NCBI GenBank assembly: GCA_050115495.1
Contig: JASFQK010000036.1
Coordinates: 11,216-75,215, forward strand
Direction of reading: 5' to 3'
Length of the DNA stretch: 64,000 nt
Origin: Phycisphaerae bacterium
GTDB lineage: Bacteria > Planctomycetota > Phycisphaerae > UBA1845 > Fen-1342
Position 1 is the first letter of the stretch. Every line of letters begins with the position of its first letter. Shown here piece by piece: positions 9,253-18,352 of this stretch. Under the pieces are notes generated by a model. That model did no database searches. It was given only the letters and a program-made list of their open reading frames with translations, and was not told the DNA's origin. The position numbers were made by a program, and so were the translations under genes.

Positions 9253-9908
9253 AGGAAACCGCCCTCCCGCAGGCTGTCGAAGGTCAGGGCCCCGGCGTGA
9301 TCGGCGGCCGTTCGGCTCAGCACGATCCGGGCGAGAATGTCCGTTTCGATGTTCACTTCGTCGCCGGGCTGACGCTGGCGGAGGACGGTCTGTTCGAGCG
9401 TGGTCGGGATCAGGGCGACGGAGAGGTTCGCCGGCCCGACGTCGACGACGGTCAGGCTGGTGCCGTCCAGAGCGATCGAGCCCTTGCGCACGATGAAGGG
9501 CATCGTCTCCGGCGGTGCAGTCACCCAGAGCTTCCACTGTCCGGTGGTGCGCTCGATGCGCTCGACGCGGCCGATGCCGTCGATGTGTCCCTGGACGAAG
9601 TGGCCGTCGATGCGGTCGCCGACACGGAGGGAGCGCTCGGCGTTGACGAGGTCGCCCGGGCGCAGGCGGCGGAGGTTCGTGTTCTGCCAGGTTTCGGGCA
9701 CGACATCGAAGAGGCCGGTGCCGTCGCGGGCTTCGACCAGCGTCAGGCAGGCGCCGTTGATCGCGACGCTGGCCCCGGGGCGCAGACCGGTCAGCAGGTC
9801 GCCCAGCGACACGACGAGGCGGTGCGCCCATGCTCCGCTGGCGTCGCGTTGCGGCGACTCGGCGGCGGTCACGACCTTGCCCAAGGTCTCGACGATGCCC
9901 GCAAACAT
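9249..9908 (-). CDS. ribE: Riboflavin synthase alpha chain
   Basis: MFAGIVE start, SVAINGACLT, GHFVQGHIDG, KGSIALDGTSLTV, VNIETD. Confidence 0.95.
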   Translation of the reverse strand: MFAGIVETLGKVVTAAESPQRDASGAWAHRLVVSLGDLLTGLRPGASVAINGACLTLVEARDGTGLFDVVPETWQNTNLRRLRPGDLVNAERSLRVGDRIDGHFVQGHIDGIGRVERIERTTGQWKLWVTAPPETMPFIVRKGSIALDGTSLTVVDVGPANLSVALIPTTLEQTVLRQRQPGDEVNIETDILARIVLSRTAADHAGALTFDSLREGGFL

Positions 9909-10172
9909 GCTCCGTTCCTCAGCCCCGCCGGCGGCCGGTGTTGCGGCCAGGCGGCGTGGCTTGCCCGTATTAGATAGCGCCCGCACCAGCGCCGGCAAGC
10001 GCGGGCCGCAAATCGGGGCGGCGGCCCGCCGACCCGCACGCCCATGGCAGCGGAGCCCGGGCGCCGGCGAAGAGGCGTCGTGCGTCGCCGCACGGCTCAC
10101 TCGCCGGCACTCGGGCTCTGCTCGCAGCAGGGGGGCGGCTGACCGCCCCGCGACGATTCCGGAGGTGCGGCC

Positions 10173-10826
10173 TTAGTCGAAGAGCTCCTCGGCGCCGTCC
10201 GGAATTGTCGCCGTACCCGCATCGTGGACCGCGTTCCACTCGTCCACGGTGTCGATCTCATTGAGCACGAGGAAGTCGGAGATGGCCTGCGCCTGGGCGT
10301 CGGTCAGCTCCTGTGGGTGCGCGTCGCCTTCGGTCCGCTTGTCGACGACGACCTGGATCTCATCGGGCGTCAGCGTGGACGCCTCGCCGTCGAGGACCTT
10401 CTCCACGGCGGTGATCAGCGTGCCGCCGCCCTGATTGGTCGTACGCTCGGTGCCGGCCGAACTGGGCACATCGGCCAGGAAGATCTCCAGCAACCCGTCC
10501 GGGACGACGATGGAGCTGGGATCGGAGAAGAGCTGATCGAGGATGGCCTCGAGGTCGTCCTCATTGTTGATGTCGTTGTCGTGCAGGAAGGTGGCGATTG
10601 CGTCGGCCTGGGCGGCGGTGAGCTCAAACGGCAGCTCCACGCCCAGCAGGCTGCCGCCCTGGACCAGGGCCAGGATTTCGTCGCCCGTCAACTGCGACCA
10701 CTGCCCGCTCTGAATCTTCTCCAGTCCGCTCAGCGCCGAGCTGACGAAACAGCCGCTCACGCTCAGCAGGAGTCCGGCCAGAACAACGGACACGGCCACT
10801 CTGCTCACTTGCTTTCGCATGCTCAT
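10173..10826 (-). CDS. Acidic lipoprotein with two copies of an unrecognised domain of roughly 85 aa
   Basis: Lipobox-like VSGC after hydrophobic stretch; GGAG RBS; internal repeat LT.DEI..ELT.AQA.AI..FL..N.I. Confidence 0.75.
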   Translation of the reverse strand: MSMRKQVSRVAVSVVLAGLLLSVSGCFVSSALSGLEKIQSGQWSQLTGDEILALVQGGSLLGVELPFELTAAQADAIATFLHDNDINNEDDLEAILDQLFSDPSSIVVPDGLLEIFLADVPSSAGTERTTNQGGGTLITAVEKVLDGEASTLTPDEIQVVVDKRTEGDAHPQELTDAQAQAISDFLVLNEIDTVDEWNAVHDAGTATIPDGAEELFD

Positions 10827-10951
10827 CTCCTTGAAGCTCGAAAGACCGCGGTGCGTGACGTCCTTGCCACGCGCTACCCCGTCCCGCGCAAGCGAAACGA
10901 AGAATTGATAACAAACTTGTCAGACTCGGGCCGCCGCCGGCGCTGCGCCCT

Positions 10952-11491
10952 CTACGGCAGCTCCGGAATCAGCAAGGCCGGATCGAAGTCCACGAAGAGG
11001 TCGTTCAGTGTTCCTTCGGGGATGGTGCTCGGTATCAGCAGCAGATTCGCCGGCACGTCCAGGAAGTCCAGCAGATCGTCCTCCGTGGCGATGTCGTTGT
11101 CCTGGAAGAACGTGACGACGGCCTGCGCTTCCGCGTCGGTCAGCTCGTAATCCAGGTCATCGCCCACCTCGGTCGCCGCGTCGCCGAAGACCTGGACCTC
11201 GTCCGGCGTCATCTGGTTGAACTGGCCGGCGACGACCTTGTCGTACGCCGTGCGCAGATCGCCGCCGTACTGGTTCGCCTCGCGGATCGAATCCAGGACG
11301 GTGTTGATGGCGATGGGCGAGAGGCCGAGGTCGGCCAGGGCCGTGCGCTTTTCCTGGGCGGTGAGGCCGGTGTCGTTGCGGATGGCGTCGATTTCGTCGA
11401 GCCGGGGGCCGACGCCGATGTTCTCCAGCAGGGGTGTCTCGCACCCGGTGGCGATCACCAGCAGGACGGCTATCAGGCAGATGGTTCGCAT
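10952..11491 (-). CDS. Acidic lipoprotein with one copy of the same domain
   Basis: LIAVLLVIATGC lipobox; MTPDEVQ..ELTDAEAQAVVTFFQDNDI. Confidence 0.75.
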   Translation of the reverse strand: MRTICLIAVLLVIATGCETPLLENIGVGPRLDEIDAIRNDTGLTAQEKRTALADLGLSPIAINTVLDSIREANQYGGDLRTAYDKVVAGQFNQMTPDEVQVFGDAATEVGDDLDYELTDAEAQAVVTFFQDNDIATEDDLLDFLDVPANLLLIPSTIPEGTLNDLFVDFDPALLIPELP

Positions 11492-11691
11492 ACTATCCAC
11501 TCAATCTAGGGGCAAATCGTCTCCGGGGCGCTCGGGCCGGGCCGTTCCCAGCCTACGCGCCCACCACCTGTCCCGGTATCATACATATCGGACAAAGGCC
11601 GGCTCAACACTCAGTCCTCCCCCGGACTGAACGGCAGCGCTGTGCGAGACGGCTCGAAACAGCCATCGGCCCGCTGGCCGGGGAGTGATTC

Positions 11692-12753
11692 ATGCGTGTC
11701 GCCATTGTCGGGTTCCCTTTTTCTGGCAAAACGTCGCTGTTCACGGCGGTCACGGGGCTTTCCCGCGACCATTTGAAGGCCGCCGAGGAGAACCTGGCTG
11801 CCGTGCACGTTCCCGAGCCGCGGCTGGATTTCCTCTTCGAGCTGTTCAAACCCAAGCGCAAAACCGAGGCAACCGTCGATTTCGTCGACCTGCCCGGAAG
11901 TGCCGAGGGCGACAGCCAGCACGCCGGTCTTACCAAACATCTGCCGACCTTGCGCCAGTGTGACGCTTTGCTGATCATCGTCCGGGCGTTTGAGTCGGAG
12001 TCGGTCCCGGCTCACGAGGGCCGCATCGACCCCCGGCGGGATCTGCGCATGCTGCGGGACGAGATGCTGCTGGCCGACCTGACCATCTGCGCCGGCCGGA
12101 TCGAGAAGCTCGAGAAGACCATCCACAAGCCCAGTCCCGATCAGGACCAGCGCAAGCAGGAACTGGCCCTGCTCAAGAAGATCAACGAGGCTCTCGAAAA
12201 CGAGCGGCCGCTCCGCGAGATCATCCAGCCCCAGGACGAACGCCTGGTGCGCGGCTTCGGCTTCCTGACGCTCAAGCCCGCGGTCACCGTGCTCAACGTC
12301 GGTGAGGATCACATCGGCGAGCCGCCCGCGTTCAAGGATGAGCTGGCCGCCGCGACGTTCGCCGTCTGCGCGCCACTTGAGGGCGAGCTGCTACAGATGG
12401 AACCCGGCGAGCGGGCCCCGTTCATGGCCGACTACGGCATCCAGGCCCTGGCTCGCGACCGCCTGGTCCGCGCCTGCTTCGACGCCCTGGGCATGATCTT
12501 CTTCCTCACCGGCGGCGGGCCGGACGAGGTGCGGGCCTGGATCATCCCGCAGGGAGCAACGGCCGTGGAGGCCGCGGGGAAGATCCACAGCGACATCGCC
12601 CGCGGCTTCATCCGCGCCGAGACCATCGCCTTCGACGACCTGCGGGCGGCGGGCAACATGCGCGACGCCAAGGCCGCGGGCAAGCTGCGCCAGGAGCACA
12701 AGCAGTACATCGTTCAGGACGGTGACGTCATCACCTTCAAGTTCAACGTCTAG
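11692..12753 (+). CDS. ychF: Ribosome-binding ATPase YchF family
   Basis: GFPFSGKT, FVDLPG, AGKIHSDIARGFIRAE, YIVQDGDVITFKFNV. Confidence 0.9.
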   Translation: MRVAIVGFPFSGKTSLFTAVTGLSRDHLKAAEENLAAVHVPEPRLDFLFELFKPKRKTEATVDFVDLPGSAEGDSQHAGLTKHLPTLRQCDALLIIVRAFESESVPAHEGRIDPRRDLRMLRDEMLLADLTICAGRIEKLEKTIHKPSPDQDQRKQELALLKKINEALENERPLREIIQPQDERLVRGFGFLTLKPAVTVLNVGEDHIGEPPAFKDELAAATFAVCAPLEGELLQMEPGERAPFMADYGIQALARDRLVRACFDALGMIFFLTGGGPDEVRAWIIPQGATAVEAAGKIHSDIARGFIRAETIAFDDLRAAGNMRDAKAAGKLRQEHKQYIVQDGDVITFKFNV

Positions 12754-12781
12754 AGCCGCCGGCGCGGCTCGCCCTGGGAGG

Positions 12782-15580
12782 ATGCCCGTGCGCGCTGCTG
12801 TCCTCGTCGCGATTCTCGTCATCGTCGTCGGCGCCGCCGCCCAATCGCCCGTCACCCAGGCCGACTTGCTGCATCGTGTCATGGACCTGGAACGGCTGAT
12901 GGGCCCGCCGGTCGGCGTGCGCACCGGGATGTTCTCCAGCTATGACCGTGCCTCGCGCATCGACGAGCACGGCCAGTACGTCGATTGGGACGCCAACGGC
13001 GACCGCGGGCAGTTCATCCGTGCCGAGGCCGACGGCTGGATGGTCATGGCCGAGATGGAAGGCCCCGGAGCCATCACCCGCATCTGGTCGGCCAACCCGC
13101 ACGGACGCATCCGCTTCATCCTCGACGGCGAGACGGTCATCGAGGCCGACTTCGCCGAGCTGTTCAACGGCAAGCTGCCGCCCTTCGCCGAGCCGCTGTG
13201 CTACGTCACGCCCGGTGGCGGCCACAACTGCTATTTCCCCATCGGCTACAGCCACTCGTGCCGCGTCGGCCTGCGCGAGAGCACGTCGTACTACCAGATC
13301 AACTACGTCGCGTTTCCCACGGGGACGGTGGTCGAGCCCTTCCGCCTCGATCTGTCCGACGAGGCCCGCGCGGCTTGCGACGAGGTCGCCGAAGTCTTCA
13401 CAACGGGCCTGCCCGACCGGCTTATCTTCCATGATTACCCCACGTACACGATCGGTAACTTCACCGAGCTTGCTCCGGAAGAGTCGTTCGACGTTGAGAC
13501 CAGCCACGGCGGCGGCATCATCCGCGCCCTGTACGTCGGCCTGGCCGACCGCCGCCTGCCGCCCGAGCCGTATGCCCTGCACCGCTGCATCCTGCGCATT
13601 CACCTGGATCGCGAGGACCGGCCGGCCGTCGAGGTGCCGCTCATCGACTTCTTCGGCTCCGGGTTCGAGCCGCGGTTCTTCGACAGCCTGGTCGTCGGCA
13701 CCGATCAATGGCTGCCCATCCAGGCTGTGGCCAGCAGTGAAACCCGCTTCATGTACTGCTACTTCCCCATGCCTTTCGACGACGTCGCCCGCGTCGAGAT
13801 TCTGAACCTCAGCGGCAAGAAGATCGGCCTGACGCTGTGGGCGCGCGTGGACCGCACGCGTCCGCCGGCCAACACCCTGCGCTTTCGGGCCGGCTTCCGT
13901 AAGGAAGATCCGTGCAAGGTGCTCGATTACCTCATCCTTCAGACGACGGGCCGGGGCCGCATCGTCGGCTGCGTGCTCAACGTCGATTGCCCGCGCCGCG
14001 CGTGGTGGGGCGAGGGTGACGACAAGGTCTGGATCGACGGCGAGGCCTTCCCCTCCTATTTTGGCACGGGCTCGGAGGATTTCCTCGGCGACGCCTGGGG
14101 CCTGCACGAGCACAAGTACCCGCTCCAGGGCGCCACCCGCACCGGCCCGTACGGCAAGAACTCCGCCTATCGCTGGATGCTCAGCGATTCCATCGACTTT
14201 CACACCGGCGTCCGCTTCACCATCGAGAACTGGCAGCACGGCAAGGTGCACGACACGTACTACAGCTCCGTCGCCTACTGGTACGGCGACCCGGCGCCGG
14301 CCGAGTACTTCCCGCCGCTGACGCTCAAGGAGCTCACACCGCCCGGCCTGCGCATCCCGGATTCGGTCGAGATCGAGGACCACATCCGCGGCGAGGGCTG
14401 GGGCTATCCCATGCGCGAGAAGCACGCCGGCGGGGTCGAGTTCTCCGGCGGTAACGCCACCAGCATCTCGGGTTCCGACCCGGTGACGATCAACCTGCCG
14501 TCCGACCGGGATCGCACCGTGAACCTGACGCTGCGCGTCCATGCGCGGCGCTCGTTCGAGTCGATTGAGGTGCGCGAGGCCGACGGCCGCGTCATCGGCA
14601 CCGCCCTCTACAACCGCGAGTCCGGCGGGGAGTACGCCATCGGCGTCGTGCGGCTGGCCAAGGGCGACAACCTGCTCACCGTGCAGTGCACGCCGCGGGC
14701 CATTCTCGACTGCTGGATTCTGGAAGATGTGCGCAGCAGCGATCGCGGACCCGAAGGCGAAAACCTGGAGGTCGCCGGCGCGGACGGCGTCGCCGACACC
14801 GTCGAGTACGCCACGTTGCCGTGGTCCGGCGGCGCGCAGCGCAGCTTCACGTTTGACCGCGTCGGCGCGACGGCCACGTTCAAGCTGCCGGAGTCCTACG
14901 CCGACGCGACCCGCGCCGTTGTGCTGGTCGTCACGCAAACGCCGGACGGCGGCCGCTTTCAGACGCTGCTGGACGGCCAGCCGCTTGGCCGGCCGTTCAG
15001 TTGCAGAGCGGAGACGCCGGCCATCACGCGTGTACCACTCGGCGTCGTGATGCTGAAGGGCAAGGAGCACACGCTCGCCTTCCGCGCCGAGCAGCCCGAC
15101 GGGGCGGCCACCGGTCGGCGACTCGGCCTCGACGTCGTCGAGCTCCCCGGCGTGTGCAGCCCGTACGCCCAGGAATGCGAAGACCTGCCCGTCGCCAGCG
15201 CCACCGATACGAACGAGACGCGCCAGGATATCCGCGGAGCCAGCGCCGACGCCCACATGTGGTGCCGGGCGACCGCCCCCGGAGCGGCGATCGAGTTCCA
15301 GGTTCCGGTGGCCAAGGCCGGCCGCTACCGCCTCACCGCCGTCTACACGCGCTCGTTCGACTACGGGATCGTGCAGACCTACGTGAACGGCGAGAAAGCG
15401 GGCGAGCCGCTCGATACGTACGCGCCGAATATCGAGCCCGACCTGCGTCAGCCGCTCGGCGAGTTCGATCTGCCCGCCGGTCCGCTGCGTCTGCGGGTCG
15501 AGGTCGTCGGCAAGAGCGAGCGCTCCCCCGGCTACTTCTTCGGCGTGGATTGCATCATCGTCGAGCCGGTGAAGCCGTAG
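12782..15580 (+). CDS. Secreted DUF2961 / GH172-like glycoside hydrolase with C-terminal beta-sandwich repeats
   Basis: Signal peptide; FSSYDR, GPGAITRIWS, WWGEGDDKVWIDGE.FPSYFGTGSEDF, YSSVAYWY. Confidence 0.75.
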   Translation: MPVRAAVLVAILVIVVGAAAQSPVTQADLLHRVMDLERLMGPPVGVRTGMFSSYDRASRIDEHGQYVDWDANGDRGQFIRAEADGWMVMAEMEGPGAITRIWSANPHGRIRFILDGETVIEADFAELFNGKLPPFAEPLCYVTPGGGHNCYFPIGYSHSCRVGLRESTSYYQINYVAFPTGTVVEPFRLDLSDEARAACDEVAEVFTTGLPDRLIFHDYPTYTIGNFTELAPEESFDVETSHGGGIIRALYVGLADRRLPPEPYALHRCILRIHLDREDRPAVEVPLIDFFGSGFEPRFFDSLVVGTDQWLPIQAVASSETRFMYCYFPMPFDDVARVEILNLSGKKIGLTLWARVDRTRPPANTLRFRAGFRKEDPCKVLDYLILQTTGRGRIVGCVLNVDCPRRAWWGEGDDKVWIDGEAFPSYFGTGSEDFLGDAWGLHEHKYPLQGATRTGPYGKNSAYRWMLSDSIDFHTGVRFTIENWQHGKVHDTYYSSVAYWYGDPAPAEYFPPLTLKELTPPGLRIPDSVEIEDHIRGEGWGYPMREKHAGGVEFSGGNATSISGSDPVTINLPSDRDRTVNLTLRVHARRSFESIEVREADGRVIGTALYNRESGGEYAIGVVRLAKGDNLLTVQCTPRAILDCWILEDVRSSDRGPEGENLEVAGADGVADTVEYATLPWSGGAQRSFTFDRVGATATFKLPESYADATRAVVLVVTQTPDGGRFQTLLDGQPLGRPFSCRAETPAITRVPLGVVMLKGKEHTLAFRAEQPDGAATGRRLGLDVVELPGVCSPYAQECEDLPVASATDTNETRQDIRGASADAHMWCRATAPGAAIEFQVPVAKAGRYRLTAVYTRSFDYGIVQTYVNGEKAGEPLDTYAPNIEPDLRQPLGEFDLPAGPLRLRVEVVGKSERSPGYFFGVDCIIVEPVKP

Positions 15581-15595
15581 CCGCTTCGCCGACCG

Positions 15596-16366
15596 TTACC
15601 CCACTTCCACAACGAGGCCGTCGTAGGCGAGCTCCATGCCCGCCGGCAGTTCGGCGTTCGTCTCGGCGTGCTTGAGCTCGTGGGCGATGTGCGTGAAGTA
15701 CGTCCGCCGGGCGCCGATCCGCTGCGCTTCGGCCACCGCCTGTTCCAGATTGAAGTGCGTGGGGTGCGGCCGGCGGCGCAGGCCGTCCAGTACCAGCACC
15801 TCCAGCCCGGCCAGGAGCGCCCGCGACGAATCCGGCACGCCGCTGCAATCCGGGCAATAGGCCACGCCGCCGATGCGGAAGCCGAGAATCTGCTCGCGCC
15901 CGTGCCAGTAGGGGATCGGTACGATCTCGCACCCACCGATCGTCCACGGACCGGTCACCTCCACGGCCCGCAGCCGCGGCTTGGCGCTGGGATAGTCCGG
16001 ATCGTCGGCGAACGCGTAGCGGAACATGGTCCGCACGCGGGTCAGCGTGCTGGCGTCGGCATAGACAGGAATCGCCGCCCCCTGCATCCAGTTGAACCGC
16101 CGCACATCGTCCAGCCCGACGACGTGGTCGGCGTGGGCGTGCGTGAACAGAATGGCGTCCACGTGGGTCACGCCGCAGGCCAGGCATTGCAGGCGCAGCT
16201 CCGGGCTCGTGTCGATGAGGAAGTGGCCGCCGTCACAACTCACGTAGGCGCTCGGCCGCGTCCGCCGATCGCGCGGATCGTCGGACGTGCACACCGGGCA
16301 GTCGCACCCGATCATGGGGATGCCGTGTGACGTGCCCGAACCCAGAATCGTCAGCCGCACCGACAC
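15596..16366 (-). CDS. PhnP-like metallo-beta-lactamase fold hydrolase
   Basis: LGSGTSHGIP..GCDCPVC, THAHADH, HPTHF, THIAH, LAYDG; GGAGG RBS before GTG. Confidence 0.9.
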   Translation of the reverse strand: MSVRLTILGSGTSHGIPMIGCDCPVCTSDDPRDRRTRPSAYVSCDGGHFLIDTSPELRLQCLACGVTHVDAILFTHAHADHVVGLDDVRRFNWMQGAAIPVYADASTLTRVRTMFRYAFADDPDYPSAKPRLRAVEVTGPWTIGGCEIVPIPYWHGREQILGFRIGGVAYCPDCSGVPDSSRALLAGLEVLVLDGLRRRPHPTHFNLEQAVAEAQRIGARRTYFTHIAHELKHAETNAELPAGMELAYDGLVVEVG

Positions 16367-16527
16367 GCGCACCTGCCTCCCTGCATTCGACTTCGCGCCG
16401 GCGGAGAGTTCGCTCCGCCGGGGCGTATCATAACCCGCAACTCGCCCAGGCACCCCCCGCGATCGGCGCAGCGCAGGACGGGCCCGCCCCGCGCGCACGC
16501 CTGATTACCAGTGCACTCGGACCGGTT

Positions 16528-18159
16528 TTACTTCCCGAGCAGATCCACGAACGGTGCGATGTCGAAGTTGTTGAACAGGCCGTCGCCGTTGATGTCGAGC
16601 ACGCACGCCCAGTCGAAGTCCGGATGCGCGGCCTCCCACGTCGGCAGGTCGACCAGGGCCCGCACGAACGGCGAGATATCGAAGTTGTTGATTTCCGCGT
16701 CGCAGTTGGCGTCGCCGCGGATCTGTCCCGCGCACGGGTTGGCGTCCAGCCCGCCCGAGAAGCAGCGGACCAGCCCGTCCCGACCGCCGGCTACCATCTC
16801 CATCGAGTAGTCGCCGGTGACGTCGGGGATAGCGGCGATCGCGTCCACCGCCTGGGAGTACACGATCTCGTGGAGCACGGCGCCGTCGATGCCGCTTAGG
16901 AAGTAGCAGCGGTTGGTCGAGAACAGCGTGCCGACGTACACGTCGTTCACGCTGTCGCCGGTGATGTCGTCGCTGCGGGCCACGTTCCACGCCTTGTCCG
17001 CCGTCGGCCGCGTCCACACGGCGCTGCCGTCCAGGCCGCTCAGGGCGACGGCGACAGCCTGGCTGTGGCAGGGCATGACGTCGGGGTGACCATCGTCGTT
17101 CAGGTCGCCCAGCGGCTCCATGCGGTTGATCAGGCCGAAACCGGGATTGGTGAACTCGATGGTGCCGTGCGCCACGTCCAGTCCGTACACGTTGCCGGAG
17201 AAGTCGCCGACCATGACGTCGGGAATGCTGTCGCCGGTGATGTCGGCGATCTGGGCCAGTCCCCAGACCGAGCTGCTGTCGGGGTTCATCGTCCACTCGA
17301 TGGCGCCGTCGGCTCCGTCGAGGCCGTAGACCTTGCCCTGTGTCTCGTAGGCGTTGGACGCGCCGGTCACCACGTCCGGCTGACCGTCGCCGGTGAAGTC
17401 CTCCACGCCGATGACGGCGAAGACGGGACCTGCCAGGTAGCGCTCCCAGATCGACACGCCGTTCAGGGCGTTCAGGCAGTAGACGCGCCGCGGACCGGTG
17501 TCGCTGGAATCGTCGCCCGTGCAGGCCAGCACGTCCGGCCGTCCGTCGCCGTTGTAGTCGTAGCGGCAATCGACTTGGTAGACCCAGCCGCCGTCGCCAT
17601 ATTCGTGCGTGTCGTGCGTCCAGATCTCGCGGCCCGTCCGGCCCGAGATAACGCGGATCAATCGGCCGCCCCACGCCGAGGCCACGACGACCTCGCCGCA
17701 GTCGTCGCCGTCCACGTCGTCCATGTAGGTCAGGCCCTTTTGCGAGTACACGGAGCCGGCGTAGATCTCGTGCTCCCAGACCACGACGCCGGTACCCAGT
17801 GCCGCCCCGTCGAAGCAGCGTACGTAGTCATCCTCGGAGCAGACGATCACTTCGGCGATGCCGTCGCCGGTGACGTCCGGAATCGATCCGATCGCCTTGG
17901 GGCTGTTGTCCCACGAAGTGTCGATCGTGTATTCCCAGATCAGCGTGCCGAGCGGATATCCGCCACGGTCACCCAGTTGGCTGACACCGCCGGCACCCGG
18001 TACTGCGGCCTGGGCGTCACCGTGCATCGCCGCGCATGCCGTCCACACGGCGGTGTCCGGCACAATTGTCAACTCGTCGTCGAAGCCGCCTATCCCCGCC
18101 ACCGCTGCCGTCACCGCAAGCACCGCCAACAACACGCCGAAGTAGTTCGACCGCCTCAT
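16528..18159 (-). CDS. Secreted FG-GAP/PQQ-type beta-propeller protein with C-terminal dockerin-like module
   Basis: Signal peptide; repeated D.TGDG..DV and L.G.DG...W; tail GDANCDAEINNFDISPFV..DINGDGLFNNFDIAPFV. Confidence 0.8.
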   Translation of the reverse strand: MRRSNYFGVLLAVLAVTAAVAGIGGFDDELTIVPDTAVWTACAAMHGDAQAAVPGAGGVSQLGDRGGYPLGTLIWEYTIDTSWDNSPKAIGSIPDVTGDGIAEVIVCSEDDYVRCFDGAALGTGVVVWEHEIYAGSVYSQKGLTYMDDVDGDDCGEVVVASAWGGRLIRVISGRTGREIWTHDTHEYGDGGWVYQVDCRYDYNGDGRPDVLACTGDDSSDTGPRRVYCLNALNGVSIWERYLAGPVFAVIGVEDFTGDGQPDVVTGASNAYETQGKVYGLDGADGAIEWTMNPDSSSVWGLAQIADITGDSIPDVMVGDFSGNVYGLDVAHGTIEFTNPGFGLINRMEPLGDLNDDGHPDVMPCHSQAVAVALSGLDGSAVWTRPTADKAWNVARSDDITGDSVNDVYVGTLFSTNRCYFLSGIDGAVLHEIVYSQAVDAIAAIPDVTGDYSMEMVAGGRDGLVRCFSGGLDANPCAGQIRGDANCDAEINNFDISPFVRALVDLPTWEAAHPDFDWACVLDINGDGLFNNFDIAPFVDLLGK

Positions 18160-18352
18160 GTCCTGCTCCTTGTGTATGGGTGAACTTGCCTCCGCCTCCA
18201 TGGCAATCTGAGCCCCCTTTCACCATATTAGGCCGGGGGCAGGGCGATCACAAGCGAAACTGGTGGCCGCCGGCATGGCCCCAAGCAGCGGGCCCCCGGT
18301 CGGCGAACGCGCCGGCCGGGGGCCCGGTTGGCTTCGTAGGGGCCTGGGGGGC

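Noticed and set aside
8197..10100. N-terminal extensions in the ORF track for pdxA (544 aa) and ribE (283 aa), likewise prs, maeA, pilM and the globin kinase
   Set aside because: Extensions overlap neighbouring genes or promoters; homology and RBS positions support the shorter starts
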